Assembly (NCBI RefSeq): GCF_001306055.1
Contig: NZ_LGHJ01000018.1
Location: 1 to 32,000, forward strand
Direction: 5' to 3'
Source: Bellilinea caldifistulae
Lineage (GTDB): Bacteria; Chloroflexota; Anaerolineae; Anaerolineales; Anaerolineaceae
DNA length: 32,000 nt
The notes beneath the pieces were generated by a model. That model did no database searches. It was not told the DNA's origin and worked only from the letters and a program-made list of their open reading frames with translations. Positions 9,694 through 18,968 of this stretch are shown piece by piece. Position 1 is the first letter of the stretch, and each line of letters begins with the position of its first letter. The translations under genes were made by a program, and so were the position numbers.

Positions 9694-11046
9694 ATGAAGC
9701 GGTCAGCATGGCGTTATTTATGGAAATCGGAAGATATTCGCAAGAAGCTTTTAATCACTTTGTTGCTGCTGGTGCTTTACCGGCTGGCAGCCAATATTCC
9801 CGTGCCGGGAATTGACCGCGAGGTGATTCGAAGCATCGTTCAGGCACCCGGAGCAGCGGGTACGCTGTTTGGCCTGCTGGATCTGCTTTCTGGCGGTACG
9901 ATTTCACGGTTCTCCATTCTGGCCATGGGGGTTTATCCCTACATCACCGCGCAGATTATTCTGCAATTACTGGTGCCGATCATTCCGGCACTGGAACGGA
10001 AGATGAAGGAAAACCCCCGCGAAGGCCAGAAGTGGATGGAGAAATGGACGATTATTCTGACTGTGCCGATGGCACTGCTTTCGGCAATCGGGCAGATTAA
10101 CATCTTCAACTCGCTCGCCGGGCAAACCGGGCAAACGGTGTTGAGCTACACCTATGGGTTCAGTGGGGCTTCCCTGTTGCCAACTCTGACGACCCTGATC
10201 AGCATGATGGCTGGCACAATGCTGGGCATCTGGCTGGGGCAATTGATCTCCGAATATGGTATTCCCAATCAAGGTCTTTCGTTGATCATTTTCTCCGGAA
10301 TCGTAGCGGGCATTCCCTCCAACCTGATCAGTCTGTGGAGTGATCGGCAGAACGCGTGGTGGCTGACCCTGTTGATCCTGGTTGTTTTGGTGCTGGTGAT
10401 CTTTGCGATTGTCTTTGTCCAGCAGGGACGGCGCAATGTACCGGTGCTATTCCCCGGAAGGCGGGTTGGCAATCGGATGTCCATGCCGGTGCGCAGCAAT
10501 CTGCCATTGATGATCAACATGGCCGGCATGATCCCGCTGATCTTCGCCCAGTCCATCTTGCTCTTCCCGGCGATCGTGGCCAGCTACTTTGTCAATTCCC
10601 AGACCCCTTGGGTGGCCAGTCTGGCAAGCGGAATTTACAACACCTTCAGCGGGCAGGGCGCCTGGTATGCGGTAATGTACTTCCTGATGGTCGTAGCGTT
10701 TACCTTCTTCTACACGGATGTTCTCTTTGCTCAACAGAATTACGGAGAAACGCTCAAACGACAGGGTGCCCAAATTCCGGGTGTCCTGCGTGGACCCGCC
10801 ACTCAAAAATACCTGACCAAAGTTCAGCGGAGAATTACACTGCCGGGAGCCTTCTTCCTTGGCTTTGTGGCGGTGCTTCCTTACATCATGCACGCTTTCC
10901 TGCCGGCTTCGGCCAGGAATGCCGGGTTGTTCCTCATCTCGGCGGCTGGCTTGCTGATCGTGGTCGGTGTGGTGCGGGATACCTTTACCATTATCGAAAC
11001 CGAGCTGAAATTGCACGGGTACGATGAGAATCTGATCAAGGGATAA
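9694..11046 (+). CDS. secY: Preprotein translocase subunit SecY
   Basis: 450 aa, about 10 TM segments, ...RKKLLITLLLLVLYRLAANIPVPGI... and ...GMIPLIFAQSIL... SecY motifs; synteny after rplO. Confidence 0.96.
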   Translation: MKRSAWRYLWKSEDIRKKLLITLLLLVLYRLAANIPVPGIDREVIRSIVQAPGAAGTLFGLLDLLSGGTISRFSILAMGVYPYITAQIILQLLVPIIPALERKMKENPREGQKWMEKWTIILTVPMALLSAIGQINIFNSLAGQTGQTVLSYTYGFSGASLLPTLTTLISMMAGTMLGIWLGQLISEYGIPNQGLSLIIFSGIVAGIPSNLISLWSDRQNAWWLTLLILVVLVLVIFAIVFVQQGRRNVPVLFPGRRVGNRMSMPVRSNLPLMINMAGMIPLIFAQSILLFPAIVASYFVNSQTPWVASLASGIYNTFSGQGAWYAVMYFLMVVAFTFFYTDVLFAQQNYGETLKRQGAQIPGVLRGPATQKYLTKVQRRITLPGAFFLGFVAVLPYIMHAFLPASARNAGLFLISAAGLLIVVGVVRDTFTIIETELKLHGYDENLIKG

Positions 11047-11050
11047 TCCG

Positions 11051-11698
11051 ATGGGACGCTTTATCGTACTTCTCGGTCCTCCCGGTGCGGGAAAAGGTAC
11101 ACAGGCGCAGGTTTTGGCAGAGAAAACCGGTCTGGCGCACATCTCTTCCGGCGATATTTTCCGGGAAAATCTAAAAAATCAAACTGAGTTGGGCAAACTG
11201 GCTCAAGGTTACATGAATCGCGGTGAACTGGTGCCGGATGACGTCACCATTGCCATGATTCGTGAGCGGTTGAGCCGCCCTGATTGCAAAAATGGTGCGA
11301 TTCTGGATGGTTTTCCGCGAACCCCGGCTCAAGCCGAAGCCCTCAGTGCGATGTTGAAAGAGCTGGACGGGAAAGTGGTGAGCGTTCCATATATCTCGGT
11401 TCCTGCTGAGGTGTTGATCGAACGTTTGAGCGGCCGCTGGACTTGTCGCACTTGCGGCAAGGTGTATCACAGCGTTTATAATCCACCTAAAAAGGCCGGT
11501 GTGTGCGATGATGACGGTGGTGAGTTATACCAGCGTGAAGATGATCAGCCGGCCACGGTGGAAAAGCGGATCAAAGTCTACCTGGAGCAAACCAGCCCGC
11601 TGATTGAGCATTATCGGCAGGCCGGACTTCTGGTGGAAATTGACGGGACCCAGCCCATTGAGGAAGTGACCCGTCAACTGTTGGAAGCCATTGCCTGA
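11051..11698 (+). CDS. adk: Adenylate kinase (Zn-lid form)
   Basis: P-loop GPPGAGKGTQA. The lid has CRTC...CDDD, a Cys3-Asp arrangement as in Bacillus-type Zn-binding Adk. Confidence 0.96.
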   Translation: MGRFIVLLGPPGAGKGTQAQVLAEKTGLAHISSGDIFRENLKNQTELGKLAQGYMNRGELVPDDVTIAMIRERLSRPDCKNGAILDGFPRTPAQAEALSAMLKELDGKVVSVPYISVPAEVLIERLSGRWTCRTCGKVYHSVYNPPKKAGVCDDDGGELYQREDDQPATVEKRIKVYLEQTSPLIEHYRQAGLLVEIDGTQPIEEVTRQLLEAIA

Positions 11699-11713
11699 AC
11701 AGGTGTTTGCGAA

Positions 11714-12529
11714 ATGACGTGGGAACGCCAGATCACGATTAAGTCGCCTCAGGAGCTGGAAATCATGCGGATTGCCGGGCAGATCAATGCCGAAGCCCTG
11801 CAGGCAGCCCATGATATCGCTCGTCCGGGTGTTTCCACAGCCGATCTGAACGCTGCCGCCGAAGAGGTACTTAAAAAATATGGAGTTTATTCTCCTTTTT
11901 TGAACTACCCCGGGCCGTATCCCTATCCTGCCAGCACGACCATCAGTGTTAATGAGGAGTTGGTGCACGGCATTCCCAATCCGCGCCGCAAATTGCGCGA
12001 AGGGGATATCGTATCGGTGGATTGTGGAACGGTGTATGAGGGTTTTGTAGCCGATTCGGCCATTACCTTTCCGATTGGTGAAGTTTCACCGCAGGTACAA
12101 AAACTGCTGGAAGTTACCGAAGCAGTTTTGTACGTTGGCATAGAAAAACTGGTGGCAGGCAACCGGGTTGGGGATGTTTCTGCTGCGATTCAGCAGTATG
12201 TCGAAAGCCACGGTCTCCATGTCACCCGTGAGTATACCGGCCACGGGGTTGGGCGGCAGATGCACGAAGGCCCGCAGGTGCCGAATTACGGCAGCCCTGG
12301 TCGCGGCATGTTGTTGCGGGTGGGTATGACCATCGCGCTTGAGCCGATGGTGTTGATTGGCTCACCGGCAACCCGGGTACTGGAGGATCAGTGGACGGTG
12401 GTATCCCGAAACGGATTACCGACGGCTCATTTTGAACACACGGTAGCCATTACGGAAAATGGCCCGCGCATCCTGACCCTTTTAAAAGACGGCAGCAAAC
12501 CTGGACGAAATGGTAAAAATCAGGTATAA
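11714..12529 (+). CDS. map: Type I methionine aminopeptidase
   Basis: 271 aa with ...VHGIP...GDIVSVD... and ...GHGVGRQMHEGPQVPNYG... metal-ligand motifs; synteny after adk. Confidence 0.95.
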   Translation: MTWERQITIKSPQELEIMRIAGQINAEALQAAHDIARPGVSTADLNAAAEEVLKKYGVYSPFLNYPGPYPYPASTTISVNEELVHGIPNPRRKLREGDIVSVDCGTVYEGFVADSAITFPIGEVSPQVQKLLEVTEAVLYVGIEKLVAGNRVGDVSAAIQQYVESHGLHVTREYTGHGVGRQMHEGPQVPNYGSPGRGMLLRVGMTIALEPMVLIGSPATRVLEDQWTVVSRNGLPTAHFEHTVAITENGPRILTLLKDGSKPGRNGKNQV

Positions 12530-12576
12530 TTGAAACTTTGGCTGTTGAAGTAAGGAATGATGAGGAGTAATCAATC

Positions 12577-12690
12577 ATGAAAGTTTCACCATCCATTCGC
12601 AAGCGATGCGCAAAGTGCAAGATTGTGCGGCGCAGTGGCAAGTTGTATGTCATTTGTGAAAACCCAAAGCACAAGCAGCGACAGGGGTAA
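12577..12690 (+). CDS. rpmJ: 50S ribosomal protein L36 (Zn form)
   Basis: Not in the ORF track because it is under 60 aa. ATG 12577 to TAA 12688-12690 gives [37 protein letters not shown] with the CxxC...C...H motif. GAGGAG SD upstream. Confidence 0.93.
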   Translation: MKVSPSIRKRCAKCKIVRRSGKLYVICENPKHKQRQG

Positions 12691-12696
12691 TCAGTC

Positions 12697-13086
12697 ATGG
12701 CGAGAATTGAAGGTGTTGATCTACCACGCAACAAGCGCGTTGAAGTTGCACTGACCTATATTTATGGGATCGGCCCAACCCGGGCGCGCAAGATCCTGGC
12801 GGATACAAAAGTCAATCCGGATACGCGGGTCAAAGACCTGACCGAAACGGATGTGAACCTTTTGCGTGATTACATTGCCCAAAACTACAAAGTTGAGGGT
12901 GATTTGCGGCGTGAAGTGCAGATGAATATCAAGCGCCTGATCGAAATTGGGTGCTACCGTGGTCTGCGTCACCGCCGCAACCTGCCGGTTCGCGGACAGC
13001 GAACGCGCACGAACGCTCGTACACGCAAAGGCCCCAAGAAGACTGTGGCGGGACGTGGTCGCCGCCGTGGAGCAGCCAAGAAATAA
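12697..13086 (+). CDS. rpsM: 30S ribosomal protein S13
   Basis: [26 protein letters not shown]... S13 signature. Confidence 0.97.
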   Translation: MARIEGVDLPRNKRVEVALTYIYGIGPTRARKILADTKVNPDTRVKDLTETDVNLLRDYIAQNYKVEGDLRREVQMNIKRLIEIGCYRGLRHRRNLPVRGQRTRTNARTRKGPKKTVAGRGRRRGAAKK

Positions 13087-13095
13087 TCCGGCGAG

Positions 13096-13143
13096 GGGAA
13101 GGGCTGATCTGGGGTACCTTCCCGCCCCCGCGGCTGGTCAGCC
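13096..13143 (+). promoter_or_regulatory. Stem-loops in the long rpsM-rpsK spacer
   Basis: 7-bp stem: GGGAAGG (13096-13102) pairs with CCTTCCC (13117-13123), 14-nt loop. Small hairpin GGCT/AGCC at 13132-13143. The 10-nt palindrome AAACCGGTTT lies at 13150-13159. No U-tract. Confidence 0.3.
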
Positions 13144-13208
13144 TGACCCAAACCGGTTTAATCAAAACGCTGTACTCTGAAAGAAATCGAGGTTGATAGC
13201 GAGGAAAT

Positions 13209-13613
13209 ATGGCACAAAATGTAAGATCAGCGCGCCGGTCAAGCGCTCCCCGAAAGGTGAAGCGCACACTGTCCTCAGCGCAGGTACATATTTATGCATC
13301 GTTCAATAATACCATTGTGACGGTAACGGATCAGCAGGGCAATGCTGTCTGCTGGGCAAGCGCCGGTTCAGCCGGATTCAAGGGTTCCCGCAAGAGCACT
13401 CCCTTTGCGGCACGGTTGGCAGCCGAACAGGCGCTCAAAGCCGCACAGGCAATGGGTGTGCAGGAAGTGGATATCATCGTCAAGGGTCCCGGTCCAGGCC
13501 GCGAATCGGCGATTCGGGCTGTGCAAGGGATGGGAATTAAGGTGCGCTCCATTGCGGACGTTACACCGGTGCCGCATAACGGCTGCCGGCCTCCCAAGAA
13601 ACGCCGCGTCTAA
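13209..13613 (+). CDS. rpsK: 30S ribosomal protein S11
   Basis: ...[43 protein letters not shown]... S11 signature. Confidence 0.97.
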   Translation: MAQNVRSARRSSAPRKVKRTLSSAQVHIYASFNNTIVTVTDQQGNAVCWASAGSAGFKGSRKSTPFAARLAAEQALKAAQAMGVQEVDIIVKGPGPGRESAIRAVQGMGIKVRSIADVTPVPHNGCRPPKKRRV

Positions 13614-13634
13614 TTTAACCAAGAGAGGGAAGTT

Positions 13635-14279
13635 ATGGCGAGATATATTGGTCCGGTTTGTAAACTCTGCCGGCGAGAAGGATTCAAAATGTTTTTGAAG
13701 GGCGAGCGCTGCTTCACCCCCAAATGCGCTTTTGAACGGCGTGGTTTTGCCCCTGGCGAACACGGACGGGCAAACGCCGGACGGGGCGGTAACGAGCGGA
13801 TGTCGGATTATGCCCGACAGTTGCGCGCCAAGCAGCAAGCCCGCCGTACCTACGGCATTCTGGAAAGACAGTTCCGCCGTTATTTCAATGTGGCTTTGAA
13901 AAAACGGGGTCTGACCGGTTTGAACCTGCTGCAAACCCTTGAGTTGCGCCTGGATAATGTGGTCTTTCGGATGGGGTTTGCGGAAAACCGCGCTCAGGCG
14001 CGCCAGTTAGTAACGCACGGTCACTTTTTGGTCAATGGGCGGCGCACGGACGTTCCTTCTATGCTGCTCAAACCCGGCGACAAGATCGAAGTGCGGGAAG
14101 GTTCCCGTGCCAAGCCGTTCTTTAAAGAATTGCCGGATTTTGCAGAAAAGCGCAATTGCGCATTGTGGCTGGAACGGGATGTGCGTTCCTTGAGCGGGCG
14201 GGTCTTGCGCTTGCCCGAACGGGCTGAAATTGACGGCAATCTCAACGAACAGTTGATTGTTGAGTACTACTCGAGGTAA
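13635..14279 (+). CDS. rpsD: 30S ribosomal protein S4 (Cys-rich N-terminal form)
   Basis: [36 protein letters not shown]... S4 signature with a CxxC...CxxxxC cluster. Confidence 0.96.
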   Translation: MARYIGPVCKLCRREGFKMFLKGERCFTPKCAFERRGFAPGEHGRANAGRGGNERMSDYARQLRAKQQARRTYGILERQFRRYFNVALKKRGLTGLNLLQTLELRLDNVVFRMGFAENRAQARQLVTHGHFLVNGRRTDVPSMLLKPGDKIEVREGSRAKPFFKELPDFAEKRNCALWLERDVRSLSGRVLRLPERAEIDGNLNEQLIVEYYSR

Positions 14280-14334
14280 TGCCGTTGTCCTGTTTGGCTA
14301 ATTTTTGTAGCTGTGCATCAGAAAGGGGTGAACC

Positions 14335-15300
14335 TTGTCTGTAATAACCAATATGGTCAAACCGAAAATCGAGCGCGAAGACGAGGCTCGAAACTATGGG
14401 AAATTCGTTATCAGCCCGCTGGAACGCGGCTACGGCGTCACCCTTGGCAATGCACTTCGGCGGGTCCTGCTGTCGTCGCTGGAAGGGGCAGCGGTTACTT
14501 CCATCCGGATTTCGGACGTGCTGCATGAGTTCAGTGACATCCCCGGTGTTCGGGAAGATGTGATTCAGGTCATGCTGCAAATCAAGCAGCTGCGCCTGGT
14601 GCTGCACGATGTGGAAAGCTCTCACCTCCATCTGGATGTTCGCGGGGCGGGCACGGTCACTGCGGCAGATATTCAAGTGCCGGCCGAGGTGGAGATCGTC
14701 AATCCGGATCTTTATCTGTTCACGGTGGATGATAGCCGCACCCGGCTGGAAATTGACATGACGGTTGAGCGCGGTCGGGGCTATTCACCAGCGGGTGATC
14801 GCAGCGGCCGGCTGCCGATTGGTGAACTTCCGGTAGATGCCATTTTCAGCCCGATACGGCGAGTGAACTTTAATGTGGCTTCTGCCCGGGTCGGACAAAA
14901 TACCAACTACGAACGGTTGATTTTGGAAATCTGGACAGATGGCACCATTTCGCCCGAAAGCGCCTTGGGAACAGCCTCCAAGATTTTGATTGATCATCTG
15001 CGGCTGATTTCCGGCATCAGCGAAGAGGTCTTTACGGTCGTGCCGGAACGCGAGATCAGTGGCAGCCGTTTGACCAGTGAAGCCGCCGAAACACCCATCG
15101 AAAATCTCGATTTATCGGTGCGGGTGTTCAATTCTCTCAAACGCACCGGCATTACCACGGTGGGTGATGTGCTGGAACTGCTTGAAAAAGGCAGTGAAGC
15201 GGTCATGTCAATCCGAAACTTTGGTGAGAAGAGTCTGGATGAATTACGCCAGAAAATGCGGGAAAAAGGGTTCCTGCCAAACGATAACGAGACGGAGTAA
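14335..15300 (+). CDS. rpoA: DNA-directed RNA polymerase subunit alpha
   Basis: 321 aa with ...GYGVTLGNALRRVLLSSLEGAAVTSIRI... NTD motif and a C-terminal ...LDLSVRVFNSLKRTGITTVGDL... HhH CTD. TTG 14335 has AGGGGTG 5 nt upstream. ATG 14353 is an alternative start. Confidence 0.93.
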   Translation: MSVITNMVKPKIEREDEARNYGKFVISPLERGYGVTLGNALRRVLLSSLEGAAVTSIRISDVLHEFSDIPGVREDVIQVMLQIKQLRLVLHDVESSHLHLDVRGAGTVTAADIQVPAEVEIVNPDLYLFTVDDSRTRLEIDMTVERGRGYSPAGDRSGRLPIGELPVDAIFSPIRRVNFNVASARVGQNTNYERLILEIWTDGTISPESALGTASKILIDHLRLISGISEEVFTVVPEREISGSRLTSEAAETPIENLDLSVRVFNSLKRTGITTVGDVLELLEKGSEAVMSIRNFGEKSLDELRQKMREKGFLPNDNETE

Positions 15301-15306
15301 GGAATT

Positions 15307-15684
15307 ATGCGCCATAAAGTTGCTGGTTTTAAACTGGGACGGTCAAAGGATCAGCGCAAGGGATTGCGCCGGACTTTGATCAAACAGTTCTTTACTCACG
15401 AACGGATGAAAACCACCCGTGCCAAAGCGCTGGCGATTCGCGGCGAAGCCGAGCGGATGATCACCATTGCAAGGCGAAGCGCCAATGGCAGCGACCTGGA
15501 TAAGGTCAATGCCCGCCGGCTGGTTGCGGCACGCCTGGGCGACCCGATTGTGGTGAAGAAATTATTTGACGAAATTGCGCCGCGTTACGCCAATCGCAAT
15601 GGCGGTTATACGCGGATGTTCAAGCTGGGGCCGCGGCAGGGTGATGCTGCCGAGATGGTTCTGCTTGAACTGGTTGAGGATTAA
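15307..15684 (+). CDS. rplQ: 50S ribosomal protein L17
   Basis: MRHKVAGFKLGRSKDQRKGLRRTL... L17 signature. Confidence 0.96.
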   Translation: MRHKVAGFKLGRSKDQRKGLRRTLIKQFFTHERMKTTRAKALAIRGEAERMITIARRSANGSDLDKVNARRLVAARLGDPIVVKKLFDEIAPRYANRNGGYTRMFKLGPRQGDAAEMVLLELVED

Positions 15685-15713
15685 GAGCCCGCCGGTCTGA
15701 ATTCCGGTTCGGG

Positions 15714-16517
15714 ATGGCACGTTACCAGGTTATCATCGCCTACGACGGCACCCACTTCCAGGGCTTTCAACGACAGGGAAGCAACCGGACGGTGCAGGCT
15801 GAAGTTGAGGCAGCGCTGCGTTCACTGGGCTGGCAGGACGAAAGTATCCTGTATGCCGGTCGAACCGATAGCGGGGTACACGCCCTTGGTCAGGTCATTG
15901 CATTCGACCTGAACTGGCGACATACCCCCCAGCAGTTGCTGAAAGCGTTGAACGCCTCGCTTCCTGAGGATGTGGCGGTGCGCAGGGTGCAGATGGTTCG
16001 GAATGATTTTCATCCGCGCTACGATGCCCTTGCCCGCCAATACCTCTATCGTCTGTACTGTCAGGAGGAGCGGGATCCACTGCGCGAGCGCTACATGTGG
16101 CGGGTCTGGCCAGCGGTGCAGGCTGAACTTCTGCATCAGGCTGCCAGCCGGCTGATCGGTGAACACGATTTTGCGGCATTTGGTTCGCCTTTACGACCAG
16201 GAGGCAGCACCATCCGCAGAGTTTACCGGACAGAGTGGCAGCAAACCGCACAAACGGAATGGACTTTTCGGATCACCGCAAATGCTTTTCTTTACCGAAT
16301 GGTGCGCAGACTGGTGTTTTTGCAAGTCCGGGTTGGGCAGCAGCAATTGTCATTGGAACAGTTCGAGGCTGCCCTCAAAATCCCACAGCCCCTGTTGCCC
16401 GGGCTGGCCAAACCGAACGGTCTATATCTGGAATGGGTGCAATACGAGGAGGACGATTTGAAATCTGAAGGGTTAATCAAAACCTTATCTGTCAGTGGAG
16501 AAGAGGACTGTGGATAA
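15714..16517 (+). CDS. truA: tRNA pseudouridine(38-40) synthase TruA
   Basis: MARYQVIIAYDGTHFQGFQRQ...AGRTDSGVHALGQV... The catalytic-Asp motif RTDxGVHA is typical of TruA. Confidence 0.93.
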   Translation: MARYQVIIAYDGTHFQGFQRQGSNRTVQAEVEAALRSLGWQDESILYAGRTDSGVHALGQVIAFDLNWRHTPQQLLKALNASLPEDVAVRRVQMVRNDFHPRYDALARQYLYRLYCQEERDPLRERYMWRVWPAVQAELLHQAASRLIGEHDFAAFGSPLRPGGSTIRRVYRTEWQQTAQTEWTFRITANAFLYRMVRRLVFLQVRVGQQQLSLEQFEAALKIPQPLLPGLAKPNGLYLEWVQYEEDDLKSEGLIKTLSVSGEEDCG

Positions 16518-16935
16518 GACATACGTCATAAAAGGAAAACCTGAAACAAAGTGGGTACTGGTGGATGCCAGAGGTCAGAATCTGGGCCGGCTGGCGACCC
16601 AAATTGCCCGCTACCTGCTCGGCAAACATAAACCTACATTCACGCCGGGCGTAGCCATGGGTGATTACGTGGTGGTCATCAATGCGCAGCAACTGGATGT
16701 TACCGACAAGCGGTTGGATAGCAAGTTTTACTACAAGCATTCCAACTATCCCGGCGGATTGAAAGTTGTGGGGATGCGGGAACAACTGAACCGCCATCCT
16801 GATCGGGTTATCCGGGCTGCAGTGTGGGGCATGCTGCCACACAATAAACTGGGCCGCAAGTTGATCAAGCGTTTGAAAATTTACGCTGGCAGCGAACATC
16901 CGCACGAAGCGCAAAAGCCAGAGCCTGTTGCATAA
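16510..16935 (+). CDS. rplM: 50S ribosomal protein L13
   Basis: (GTG)DKTYVIKGKPETKWVLVDARGQNLGRLATQIARYLLGKHKPTFTP... L13 signature. GTG 16510 gives a canonical N-terminal length and has GGAGAAGAGG upstream. The track start at 16495 (also GTG) is possible. The gene overlaps the truA end. Confidence 0.9.
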   Translation: MDKTYVIKGKPETKWVLVDARGQNLGRLATQIARYLLGKHKPTFTPGVAMGDYVVVINAQQLDVTDKRLDSKFYYKHSNYPGGLKVVGMREQLNRHPDRVIRAAVWGMLPHNKLGRKLIKRLKIYAGSEHPHEAQKPEPVA

Positions 16936-16950
16936 AGGAGTGGGCAAGAT

Positions 16951-17346
16951 ATGTCTGTTCAGTATTACGAAGGTGTTGGGCGACGCAAAGAAGCCACCGC
17001 GCGCGTGCGCATCATGAGCGGGACGGGTAAATTTACCGTCAATCAGAAATCCATTGAGGATTACTTCAGCCGGATTGGCGATGTGGAAGCCATCCTCAAG
17101 CCGTTTCAGGCAACCCAGCAGGAACGTTCAACGTTCGATGTAACGGTTGTGGTAAAAGGCGGTGGGGTTACCGGTCAAACCGACGCGGTTCAGCTGGGGC
17201 TGGCGCGTGCGCTGGCGAAAATGAATGCGGACTTCGTTCATGAATTGCGCAAGTACGGTTTGCTCACCCGCGATCCGCGTGTTAAGGAACGCAAGAAACC
17301 GGGTCTCAAGCGCGCCCGCAAAGCACCGACCTACACCAAACGCTAA
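16951..17346 (+). CDS. rpsI: 30S ribosomal protein S9
   Basis: ...YEGVGRRKEATARVRI... and C-terminal ...RKKPGLKRARKAPTYTKR S9 signatures. Confidence 0.97.
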   Translation: MSVQYYEGVGRRKEATARVRIMSGTGKFTVNQKSIEDYFSRIGDVEAILKPFQATQQERSTFDVTVVVKGGGVTGQTDAVQLGLARALAKMNADFVHELRKYGLLTRDPRVKERKKPGLKRARKAPTYTKR

Positions 17347-17372
17347 ACATCCAGCACTTTTTCGATCACCAT

Positions 17373-17442
17373 CCCTGCCGGGAAGGTGGATGAAATCGCA
17401 GGGCAGATTACCTCTACCAGTTTTTTTGAAAGCAGGTAGAGG
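17373..17442 (+). terminator. Two hairpins downstream of rpsI (possible weak terminator)
   Basis: CCCTGC (17373-17378) pairs with GCAGGG (17398-17403). CCTCTACC (17411-17418) pairs with GGTAGAGG (17435-17442). The T5 run at 17456-17460 is 13 nt from the stem, so this is not a textbook intrinsic terminator. Confidence 0.25.
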
Positions 17443-17495
17443 GCTGCTCTGCAATGTTTTTGAGGTGATTACTTCTACCACAAGGGAGCCTCTTT

Positions 17496-18968
17496 ATGGA
17501 TATTCCACAAAATCAAAGCGGGATTGTCATTTTGGGGCTGGGGCCGGGTGAAGACCGTCACCTGACCCGAGAGGCATGGGAGTGGTTGAGCCAGATTGAC
17601 CGCCTGTATCTGCGCACCCGCCATCATCCGCTGGTAACCAGTTTGCCGAAAAGCCTGGAGATCGTTTCCTTCGATTACTTATACGAAACCAGAGACACCT
17701 TCGAGGCGGTGTATGAGGCAATCGTAGAAGAAGTCCTCCAAATGGGCCGGCAACCGCAGGGTATAACCTACGCAGTACCCGGTCATCCTTTTGTGGCAGA
17801 AGCCACGGCTCCGGAGATTGTCCGCCGCGCCACTCAGCAGGGGATTGCGGTTCGGATTATTGAAGGGATGTCGTTTTTGGAGCCGGTATTCAGCGCTTTG
17901 CAGATGGATCCTTTTCCGCGGCTTGCGCTGCTGGATGCCCTTGAAATTGGAAGACTGCATACCCCCGGCTTTGCGCCAGATATGCCAGCGTTGATTACAC
18001 AAATTTACAATCAGATGACGGCCTCGGCTGTCAAACTGGCGTTGAATGCGGTCTATCCGGATGAGTTTCGGGTCAGGCTGGTTCATGCTGCCGGTACCCG
18101 TCATCAAATTGTGGAAGATTTGATGTTGTATGAGATTGACCGCAGCCCTCATTTGGGATTGATGACGGCCTTGTTTGTCCCGGCCTTGGGAGCGGATACC
18201 TCGTTAGAGGCGTTTCAAGAAGTAGTGGCACGGCTGCGTGCGCCAGATGGTTGTCCATGGGACCGGGAACAAACCCACCTGACTCTGCGTAAGTACCTGC
18301 TCGAAGAAGCCTATGAAGCCATTGAAGCGCTGGATCATGAGGATGCGGATGCCCTGCGTGAAGAATTGGGGGATCTATTGCTGCAGATTGTTCTTCACGC
18401 ACAAATTGCGGTTGAAGAGGGTGAATTTTCTCTGGCAGAGGTGATTCAAGGGATTCATCGCAAAATTGTCCGCCGCCATCCGCATGTATTTGGTGAGGTC
18501 AAGGTCAGCGGGGTGGAGGGTGTGCTGCGCAACTGGCAAAAGTTGAAAGATGAAGAGCGGGCAATGAACGGACAGGATCAGCCGAAAAGCATTCTGGACG
18601 GTGTTCCGTTGAGTTTACCGGCACTCTCGCAGGCACAGGAGATTCAAAGCCGGGCGGCCCGGGTTGGGTTTGATTGGAGTGAGATTCAACCAGTGTTGGA
18701 CAAGGTCTTTGAAGAGATCAACGAAGTTCAATCAGCAAAGGACGATGCTGAAAGGGAAAAAGAACTGGGTGATCTATTGTTTGCAGTGGTCAATCTGGCG
18801 CGCTGGTATAAGGTAGATGCAGAAAGTGCTTTACGAGCAGCCAACCGGCGTTTTCGCCAGCGTTTTGCGCACATCGAAGCCAGAGCCCGTCAGGCCGGCA
18901 GGCAGCTCACCTCCATGAGCCTTGATGAGATGGATCACTGGTGGGATGAAGCCAAACGGATGTCCTGA
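17496..18968 (+). CDS. YabN-like fusion: N-terminal tetrapyrrole-methylase-like domain plus tandem MazG nucleoside triphosphate pyrophosphohydrolase domains
   Basis: 490 aa. N-terminus IVILGLGPGEDRHLT...YAVPGHPFVAE is like the TP-methylase fold. The C-terminal half has two MazG-type repeats (...EEAYEAIEALD...LREELGDLLLQIVLHAQIA... and ...FEEINEV...ELGDLLFAVVNLARWY...). This architecture is as in Bacillus YabN. Confidence 0.8.
   Translation: MDIPQNQSGIVILGLGPGEDRHLTREAWEWLSQIDRLYLRTRHHPLVTSLPKSLEIVSFDYLYETRDTFEAVYEAIVEEVLQMGRQPQGITYAVPGHPFVAEATAPEIVRRATQQGIAVRIIEGMSFLEPVFSALQMDPFPRLALLDALEIGRLHTPGFAPDMPALITQIYNQMTASAVKLALNAVYPDEFRVRLVHAAGTRHQIVEDLMLYEIDRSPHLGLMTALFVPALGADTSLEAFQEVVARLRAPDGCPWDREQTHLTLRKYLLEEAYEAIEALDHEDADALREELGDLLLQIVLHAQIAVEEGEFSLAEVIQGIHRKIVRRHPHVFGEVKVSGVEGVLRNWQKLKDEERAMNGQDQPKSILDGVPLSLPALSQAQEIQSRAARVGFDWSEIQPVLDKVFEEINEVQSAKDDAEREKELGDLLFAVVNLARWYKVDAESALRAANRRFRQRFAHIEARARQAGRQLTSMSLDEMDHWWDEAKRMS

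Noticed and set aside
574-13111. Shared GGCTGATCT 9-mer in the rplC leader and the rpsM-rpsK spacer as evidence of a common regulatory RNA motif
   Set aside because: A single 9-mer match between about 290 nt and about 120 nt of spacer has roughly a 10% chance expectation by my estimate. I mention it in a finding but do not treat it as a feature.
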